Program-made: the position numbers and the translations under genes | Part shown: positions 58,077 through 64,000 of the stretch, in pieces | Numbering within the stretch: the stretch's first letter is position 1 | Layout: each line of letters opens with the position of its first letter | Source: an uncultured Planctomycetales bacterium | GTDB lineage: Bacteria > Planctomycetota > Phycisphaerae > UBA1845 > Fen-1342 | DNA: 64,000 bases | NCBI GenBank assembly: GCA_964468185.1 | Contig: CAYXTR010000015.1 | Location: 61,837-125,836 of the forward strand | Direction of reading: 5' to 3' | The notes under the pieces: model-generated | What the model saw: the letters and a program-made list of their open reading frames with translations, nothing else | Databases searched by the model: none | What the model was told of the DNA's origin: nothing

Positions 58077-59492
58077 ATGACTCGTATCAACCACAATCTG
58101 CAACTCTGTTTGGGCGCTTTGCTGGCGATCACGCTATGCGCCGTGCCAGCCAGTGCACAATCGTCCATTCACCTCTACTTCTCACATTCCGACGACCTCA
58201 CCCAACTTCCGCCGGAATACGCCGAAGGCGTCAATCCCACCGTCAACATGGGCGAGACGATCTACCTGTGGGCGAGCGTCATGTTGTTCGATGAATGGGA
58301 CCTTGTCACTCTCGAGTTCGACGGTCCACCGATCACCGGGGGTGAGATGTACAACCCGAACGGAATGCGCTGGAACAGTGGCTCGGATCTGGACCCGGCG
58401 GGCGATAATTCCGTGGCATGCATCGCGCTCACCACCATAGGTCTGAGCCCCTCTGATCCGCATTACAGCGAAGGCTTGTTTCGGCACCACCTGCTGGGCG
58501 AAATGCAGTTTGGCGGTGACGGCGATGTCTTCCTGACGATCGGTGGTGGCTTACACCGGCGCGACGGCAGCCCGCTCGACCAGGTGTTCTTTGGATACGA
58601 CCCGAACCATGTCCCCGATGGCCCCCTCTTCGTCGACGACGTCGGCGGGAGCACGGAATATGCCGACGCAACGGTGGGAGGGGTTTCAGCCACGTGTGAC
58701 CCGCTAGTCGTACCGCTGGAGGATTGGGACACTGTTGTTGCTCCCGTGCCTTTCACCTTTTCGTACGACAGCCTCGTTACCACGGATTTGGCTGGTCCGT
58801 GTGAGCAGACCAACACCGGGGCTCATGCCACGGCAGTGGGAGACGAAGGCGATTTCCCCGCCTACGTATCCGCGTACGCAGCACAGGATGTCACCCCCCT
58901 GGGTCACTTCGCTGCGAAGGTGTCCCTCTACGGCGAATTCGGTCTGATCTGCCTCGATCCAGAGTGCCTGGACTTCCTGGAGGTGCCGTGCGGCGGCGCG
59001 AGCGGTGGACTCAGCGGTACGTTGACACTCGGCACCGCGGCGGGCTACCCGGCGGGCACGCCGCTGATCCTGACGGCCGACATCGCTGCGGCGGACTCCT
59101 ATAGCCGGAGTTTCAGCATGACGATCTCGCGCGCCGGCACGCCGCTGGCTGAGCTGGATGATTCCAGTCCGGGTCCTGTGTCCTTCGACGCCGAGGCCGG
59201 CGAAACCCTCACCGTAGACCTCGCGGCCGCCGATACTAACGAGTGGTACTACTATTGGGACGCGACGTGCCGACTCCTCATCGAAAGCGGCGTGTCGTCG
59301 GTGGTCGGCGACCTGGACTGCGACGGCGATGTTGACTTCGACGATATCAACCCGTTCGTCCTCGCGCTCAGCGGCCAGGCCGGTTACGAGGCGGCCTACC
59401 CCGACTGCAACTGGTACAACGCCGACTGCGATGAAGACGGGGACGTTGACTTCGACGACATCAATCCCTTCGTCAACATCCTGAGCAGCTAG
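58077..59492 (+). CDS. Secreted protein with C-terminal dockerin-like double repeat
   Basis: AAGGAG RBS, ATG 58077, signal peptide MTRINHNLQLCLGALLAITLCAVPASA; C-terminus 'DLDCDGDVDFDDINPFVLALSGQAGYEAAYPDCNWYNADCDEDGDVDFDDINPFVNILSS'. Confidence 0.7.
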   Translation: MTRINHNLQLCLGALLAITLCAVPASAQSSIHLYFSHSDDLTQLPPEYAEGVNPTVNMGETIYLWASVMLFDEWDLVTLEFDGPPITGGEMYNPNGMRWNSGSDLDPAGDNSVACIALTTIGLSPSDPHYSEGLFRHHLLGEMQFGGDGDVFLTIGGGLHRRDGSPLDQVFFGYDPNHVPDGPLFVDDVGGSTEYADATVGGVSATCDPLVVPLEDWDTVVAPVPFTFSYDSLVTTDLAGPCEQTNTGAHATAVGDEGDFPAYVSAYAAQDVTPLGHFAAKVSLYGEFGLICLDPECLDFLEVPCGGASGGLSGTLTLGTAAGYPAGTPLILTADIAAADSYSRSFSMTISRAGTPLAELDDSSPGPVSFDAEAGETLTVDLAAADTNEWYYYWDATCRLLIESGVSSVVGDLDCDGDVDFDDINPFVLALSGQAGYEAAYPDCNWYNADCDEDGDVDFDDINPFVNILSS

Positions 59493-59775
59493 CTGACGAG
59501 CTTCCTTTTGGCGCCACGGCGCGATGCGGCGTCTCGCTGTTTCCGTTCCAGCGGTGCAGCGAGACGCCCAAGCCGTGGCCTGCGGCGAACGCACACGGGT
59601 ATCAACGACACACCTAGAACTTCCGCCGAGTTTCCCAAGAACTTTCACGCCTCCGTTCACTTCGCCTCGGCGACTTTCACGCTTCACGACTGCCTATCGT
59701 TATGCCGCATGCACAACCAGCCCAGGCACCAGGCCGGTACTTGCCGGCCCGGTGCACTGGCGATTGCCAAGCAAC

Positions 59776-61482
59776 CTACTCCGTGGCGGCCACGTGAGGA
59801 TGCCGTACGGGCGGGAACGGGGAGCGCTCCGGTCCGGGCTCAAGGCAGCCCTGCCCGGTGACCGTGAGTTGATAGTCATTAGCACCACTGCCGCAAGGCG
59901 CTTCATAGAGGGACAGATGTGTGACAAACATGTAGTAGGTGCCCCCCGGCAGGCAGTCTGTGGTCAACGTGTCAGGCTCGCACTCGGCGGTACTCGTCCA
60001 CGGGCTGATGTAGCCGGTGGTGTTGTCACAGCCGGGGACGCCCGGTTCAATCTGCTCAACCAGGCCGAAGACGCCTTCAAAATCGGTGACGCAGTCGAGT
60101 GTCAGGACCGCTGGCTGGGTGAGGACAAGCTCGTACCAGTCCGTGTCGCGCGTGCCGCCGTCAGCCCATGCGGTACCACACACCGTGACCCCGTCAGTGA
60201 GCGGCTCGAACGCGGCGGGGGTCACCAGGCAGCCACCGTTCAGATCTGCACCGCACGGCTCCTGCTCATCGACGGCGCCAGCCGGGCACTCCAGCTCGCA
60301 GGGGAGAAGATTCTGGTACACCTCCAGGAAATACGAACCGCAATCCGATGCACCGTACGCCTCGATCGTGACGAAGTAGTCGCCGGCGGGGAGGTTCAGC
60401 AGCGTCACCTCGGACTGGAGTCCGCAGTAATCGTCATTGGAAGCGACTTCTTCCCCGCAGAACGTCGTACCGAGGTAAAGGTAGGTGTCAAAGTCCGAAC
60501 CGCACAGCGAGAACACCCACTCGCCATCGTTTGGGATCGTGACCAGGTACCGCGTGTCAAGACTCGGGCGCAGCGCACACACACTGACCAGTTCGTCGCA
60601 GGTACTGCCGTCCCAGGCGCCGGGCGCGACCACCGCGATATACGACGGGCACTCGATGTCCGCACAATTGGTACCGTCGCCCTGGTACACACCGGCCGCC
60701 GCGACACAGTCCGCCTCGGTGTAGTCGTCAGCACAGCTACCATCGGCCGGGAAGCAGCAGGCGCCAATCGCAGACGCGCTGAATATGAGATCGAAAAAAC
60801 CGCTGGAACTGCCGTAGCCATCGACAACGATGTAGTACGTGTTGTTCGCGAACAACTGAACCTGCTCGAGACGCGAACGGTACGGATTCCCCTGCGAGTC
60901 GTAGCAGGCGTCGTCGTTGCAGGCGATCTCGGTTCCCGCAGTGCAATCGTTCTCGTAGATGTACACCTTGGTGTCATAGCCTGACTCGCAGAGGTCGACG
61001 TCAACCAGCCCGTCCGCCGTGGGGGTGTACGAGAACACGACGTCGGGTGCGATCGAGCCGGCGTACGGACAAACAGCGTCATAGTCATCATCAAAACCAG
61101 TCGTGCTGTCGGTCGCGAAGTACGGCAGGGCGTCGACGACGATAGCCGTTTCGCAGACCTCGCCGGGTGGCGGTGTGGTACCGATCAGGTCGACGAACGC
61201 GTCGATGTCGTCAAAATCGACATCGCCGTCCCCGTCGCAGTCGGCGTTGAGCCACTCACAGTCCGGGTGCGCCGCTTCGTAGCCCTGCTGACCGCTCAGC
61301 GCCAGGACGAACGGGTCGATATCGTCAAAATCGACATCCCCGTCGCAATCAAGGTCGCCCAGGAACCGGCTCTTGTTGTCCGAGTTGTCAGCCGGAGGCC
61401 CCTTGAATGCCAATACTTGTACTGCGCCAATGGACCCGAATACAACCAGTGCGATTGTTGCGTTGCGTACTCCGTTCCACAT
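59776..61482 (-). CDS. Secreted Cys-rich protein with the dockerin-like double repeat at the N-terminus (after the signal peptide)
   Basis: Signal peptide MWNGVRNATIALVVFGSIGAVQVLA, then 'DLDCDGDVDFDDIDPFVLALSGQQGYEAAHPDCEWLNADCDGDGDVDFDDIDAFVDLIG', then about 450 aa rich in Cys/Asp/Gly/Tyr. Confidence 0.7.
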   Translation of the reverse strand: MWNGVRNATIALVVFGSIGAVQVLAFKGPPADNSDNKSRFLGDLDCDGDVDFDDIDPFVLALSGQQGYEAAHPDCEWLNADCDGDGDVDFDDIDAFVDLIGTTPPPGEVCETAIVVDALPYFATDSTTGFDDDYDAVCPYAGSIAPDVVFSYTPTADGLVDVDLCESGYDTKVYIYENDCTAGTEIACNDDACYDSQGNPYRSRLEQVQLFANNTYYIVVDGYGSSSGFFDLIFSASAIGACCFPADGSCADDYTEADCVAAAGVYQGDGTNCADIECPSYIAVVAPGAWDGSTCDELVSVCALRPSLDTRYLVTIPNDGEWVFSLCGSDFDTYLYLGTTFCGEEVASNDDYCGLQSEVTLLNLPAGDYFVTIEAYGASDCGSYFLEVYQNLLPCELECPAGAVDEQEPCGADLNGGCLVTPAAFEPLTDGVTVCGTAWADGGTRDTDWYELVLTQPAVLTLDCVTDFEGVFGLVEQIEPGVPGCDNTTGYISPWTSTAECEPDTLTTDCLPGGTYYMFVTHLSLYEAPCGSGANDYQLTVTGQGCLEPGPERSPFPPVRHPHVAATE

Positions 61483-61524
61483 GTTCTTGACTCCTGTATG
61501 TTGTGGGAAGTGGCTGAAGGGCGG

Positions 61525-63939
61525 TCAACTGCTGAGGATCGCCACGAAAGCTGAAATGTCGTCGAAGTCGACGTCACCATCCGAGTTGCAGTCCGCGTTC
61601 AGCCAGTCGCAGTCGGGGTAGACGGCTTCGTAGCCGGCCTGGCCACCTAGTGCGAGCACGAATGGACTGATGTCGTCAAAGTCCACACCCAGATCGCAGT
61701 CGAGGTCGCCGATGACGCCGTCGATCCACAGCTCTGCATAGTCGGCGTAGTGCCCGTCGAACTCGGTGCCCTCGATATCGTTAAACACGTTCTCCAGGGC
61801 TCTCACTTCGACGACAACGAAGTCCGTGTCGGCGGGAATCACGGTGTGGAGCTCGAAGCGCTCCCACGTGGCGAGCTCTCCATCGCTGGCGAACGTGTCA
61901 ATCGCGTACATCAGATAGCCGCCCCCCGGCCACGCTGAGACGTCTCCGGCACAAGCGAACAGCCGAATGCCAAACGCCGTATCCGTTTCCTCGTCGATCG
62001 ACACGCGGTTGAAGTAGGCGGAGCAGCCCAGTCTGAGCAATTGCCCCTGCAAACCGGTCGGGGCCAGTTCCACGGCCTGTTGCACCTGACAGACGGTGCT
62101 GTCGGATGGCGTCGCACACACCGCGTAGATGAAGCGGAGCATGTGATCGCCGCTGTACGGCGCGATACCCTGTTCGGCCGCAACCGATGCGGCGGGCTCG
62201 CCAGACCAGTATCCTGGTGCATTCGGCATAAAGAGCAGGACGTCCTCATCGAATTCAAAGTCGACCAGCAGGTTCTCGGTGGCGGGTTCGCACTCGTCCG
62301 GGATGCCGTTGCCATTCTCGTCCGCGCTGCTGCCGGTCGCGATGTCCACGGCGTCGGGAATCCAGTTGCCATTGCAATCGTCAAACGCCGTGACCTCGTC
62401 GGCGCCCATGTCCACCAGCTCCAGCATGACGCGCGGCTCGCCGTCGATATCGGTCTGGTCGGTGTAATCGGCCGCGGGGTCACCCATGCTGATGCACGGC
62501 GAATCGGCGGAGAGGTGGTAGTCGTTATCCTCCCAGGTGGCGGGGTCGTTGTCCGCGCCATCGGCGTCGACGAGCAGCGGATCGGCATCAATGTTGCTGG
62601 CGGCCCAGTCGAGGGTCGCTTCCCATTCAAGCGCAACGGTGTCAGCGCCCCCAACGACGTCGCAGTACGACACGGTCAGGTCACTGGGGTTGTTCACCGT
62701 GCCGTACACGTAGGCGAGCGAACCATCGGCGGCGGTGTTCCCGGTTGCGATGCAGTTCAGCACCGTGACGTGGCTCGCATCGTTGAGGTCCAGCGCACCG
62801 CCTTCGGAGGCACTGTTGTTGATCAGCGTGCAATTGGCAAATGTGGCCGTGGTGTAATAGCTGCGCAGCACGCCGCCTTCGTAGGTCGCCGAGTTATCGC
62901 TGATGACGCAGCTCTGAAACAGATTGTGAAAGTAGCTGTACGAGATTCTGAAGGCCCCGCCACCATGTCCCGCGGAGTTGCCTCGAATCTCACAGCCGAT
63001 GACGTCCAGACTCTCGCCGTTGCCAAAGCGGAGTGCGCCGCCGTACTCGTCCGCGACGTTACCGCACAACTCGCAATCCTCGATCCACGCGGGGCTGCTT
63101 CCCACGATGTTCAATGCGCCACCGTTGCTCGCGGACGTGTTGTGGGAGAGCACGCTGTCTGTAATTGTGGTGGGCGCGAAGCTCCAGGCGTCCACGGCGC
63201 CGCCGGTGGACGCTGAAGTGTTGTAGCGAAACGTGCAGCCCGTGATGGTCAGCGGAGCGGGGGCGCGCATACTGCCACTGGTGGCGAGTCCGCCGCCACT
63301 GCTGGGTGCGGAATTGAACTCCACGGTGCAGTTGACGAGCTCGACGGCGGAGGAGAGAGCGCTGATGCCGCCGCCAGAGCCGTTTCCGAACATGGCGGGA
63401 ACGGCGTTGCCGATGATCTGGGAGTTGCTCACCGTCGCGGCCGCCTGATGGACATTCAAGGCGCCTGCCCACTTGGCCACGTTGTTGGTCAGCACGCAGT
63501 TGTCGATCGTGATATTGGCGGCGGTCGTCACCAGCACGGCGCCGCCCCCGGCGCCACTCAGGTAGCCGTTCGTGACGGTGACGCCCTGGAGCAGCGATCC
63601 GGAGGCCCAGGTGCCGCCGAACCGGAAACCGCGGTGCTCGTTTTCCGCTCCGCCCTGGCAGTCGATGGTACATAGCGAGGGGTCATTGCTGACGGACTTG
63701 ATCGTCAATTGCAGGTCGTAGACATCCACATCGCAGTTTCCCGGGCCGGTATACGTGCCGTCGGCCAGCATCACGACGTCCCCAGCCACGCTGGCGTCGA
63801 CGGCTTCCTGAATGGTTGCGTATTCGGCGGGCACATGGCGTTCCGTGCCCCACGCGCGTTTGGCGGTGCCGAACACACAAAGGCTGCTCAATACGCAGCA
63901 AGCTGTCACGAGTCGGGTGGATGGCCGGTAGAACTTCAT
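61525..63939 (-). CDS. Secreted right-handed parallel beta-helix (pectate-lyase-fold) repeat protein with C-terminal dockerin-like double repeat
   Basis: Signal peptide; many PbH1-like repeats (..TITDSVLSHNTSASNGGAL.., ..IRGNSAGHGGGAF..); C-terminus 'DLDCDLGVDFDDISPFVLALGGQAGYEAVYPDCDWLNADCNSDGDVDFDDISAFVAILSS'. Confidence 0.75.
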   Translation of the reverse strand: MKFYRPSTRLVTACCVLSSLCVFGTAKRAWGTERHVPAEYATIQEAVDASVAGDVVMLADGTYTGPGNCDVDVYDLQLTIKSVSNDPSLCTIDCQGGAENEHRGFRFGGTWASGSLLQGVTVTNGYLSGAGGGAVLVTTAANITIDNCVLTNNVAKWAGALNVHQAAATVSNSQIIGNAVPAMFGNGSGGGISALSSAVELVNCTVEFNSAPSSGGGLATSGSMRAPAPLTITGCTFRYNTSASTGGAVDAWSFAPTTITDSVLSHNTSASNGGALNIVGSSPAWIEDCELCGNVADEYGGALRFGNGESLDVIGCEIRGNSAGHGGGAFRISYSYFHNLFQSCVISDNSATYEGGVLRSYYTTATFANCTLINNSASEGGALDLNDASHVTVLNCIATGNTAADGSLAYVYGTVNNPSDLTVSYCDVVGGADTVALEWEATLDWAASNIDADPLLVDADGADNDPATWEDNDYHLSADSPCISMGDPAADYTDQTDIDGEPRVMLELVDMGADEVTAFDDCNGNWIPDAVDIATGSSADENGNGIPDECEPATENLLVDFEFDEDVLLFMPNAPGYWSGEPAASVAAEQGIAPYSGDHMLRFIYAVCATPSDSTVCQVQQAVELAPTGLQGQLLRLGCSAYFNRVSIDEETDTAFGIRLFACAGDVSAWPGGGYLMYAIDTFASDGELATWERFELHTVIPADTDFVVVEVRALENVFNDIEGTEFDGHYADYAELWIDGVIGDLDCDLGVDFDDISPFVLALGGQAGYEAVYPDCDWLNADCNSDGDVDFDDISAFVAILSS

Positions 63940-64000
63940 CGTTGCGCTCCCATGAAGTAAGCCGAGTCAAGGTGGTTTTCGTTTGAATCGTGGTGACTGA

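Noticed and set aside
59524-60984. 486-aa + strand ORF
   Set aside because: Antisense to the N-terminal-dockerin Cys-rich protein gene.
62041-63216. 391-aa + strand ORF
   Set aside because: Antisense to the beta-helix protein gene; Gly/Val/Ala/Arg-rich.

Overview
GC-rich (about 65-70% by eye, with a strong G/C bias at codon third positions) chromosomal segment with Planctomycetota-like character: many secreted proteins carry dockerin-like tandem Ca-binding repeats, ECF sigma factors are abundant, and intergenic regions contain CT-rich repeats. All calls come from reading the six-frame translations and the DNA itself; no database searches were run.

Coordinate 1 to about 37,100 is core genome:
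- two membrane proteins, a cytidylate-kinase-like protein, a URO-D-family protein and a DHOD-like protein;
- a 1,190-aa pyruvate:ferredoxin oxidoreductase;
- a minus-strand hypF - response regulator - histidine kinase - hypB block, with no hydrogenase structural genes in the window;
- an M28/PDZ peptidase, an RNase-H-like exonuclease, thiE, a PepD dipeptidase, a SAM methyltransferase, and a pseudo-receiver plus GGDEF pair;
- two textbook conserved clusters, rpsF-ssb-rpsR-rplI-dnaB and glmU-prs-ctc-pth, followed by tRNA-Gln(UUG).

From about 37,200 to about 44,800 the window becomes a mosaic accessory region:
- an apparent N-terminal fragment of an ECF sigma factor;
- a frameshifted IS481/IS3-like transposase;
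- a 5'-truncated dockerin-type protein;
- a markedly lower-GC segment (about 40.3-40.9 kb) carrying a near-consensus sigma70 promoter and a small ORF;
- a small basic HTH-like ORF;
- a two-gene module: a 353-aa protein of no family I recognise, followed by an SPFH/band-7 protein whose N-terminus is four about 60-aa 'LVW-DG-L----L-PG' repeats. This module is my best candidate for an undescribed system, possibly membrane-associated defence or stress.

The last 20 kb is a secretome and regulation neighbourhood:
- an 8-blade beta-propeller;
- an ECF sigma plus zinc-finger anti-sigma pair;
- a C1 papain-like peptidase;
- several proteins sharing a highly conserved about 55-aa dockerin-like double repeat, C-terminal in five and N-terminal in one;
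- two paralogous tail-fibre-like secreted proteins flanking a DUF433/DUF5615 (PIN-like) toxin-antitoxin pair;
- an ECF sigma co-oriented with a Ser/Thr kinase-TPR protein whose N-terminus resembles an anti-sigma zinc finger.

A family of CT-rich intergenic repeats recurs at 20.75, 21.5, 24.1-24.3, 25.9 and 27.25-27.96 kb. It includes a 147-bp tandem duplication, ATCTCTCG tandems and a CACTGCCG-TGT-CGGCAGTG palindrome. Many long ORFs in the six-frame track are antisense shadows of real genes in this high-GC DNA and were rejected.
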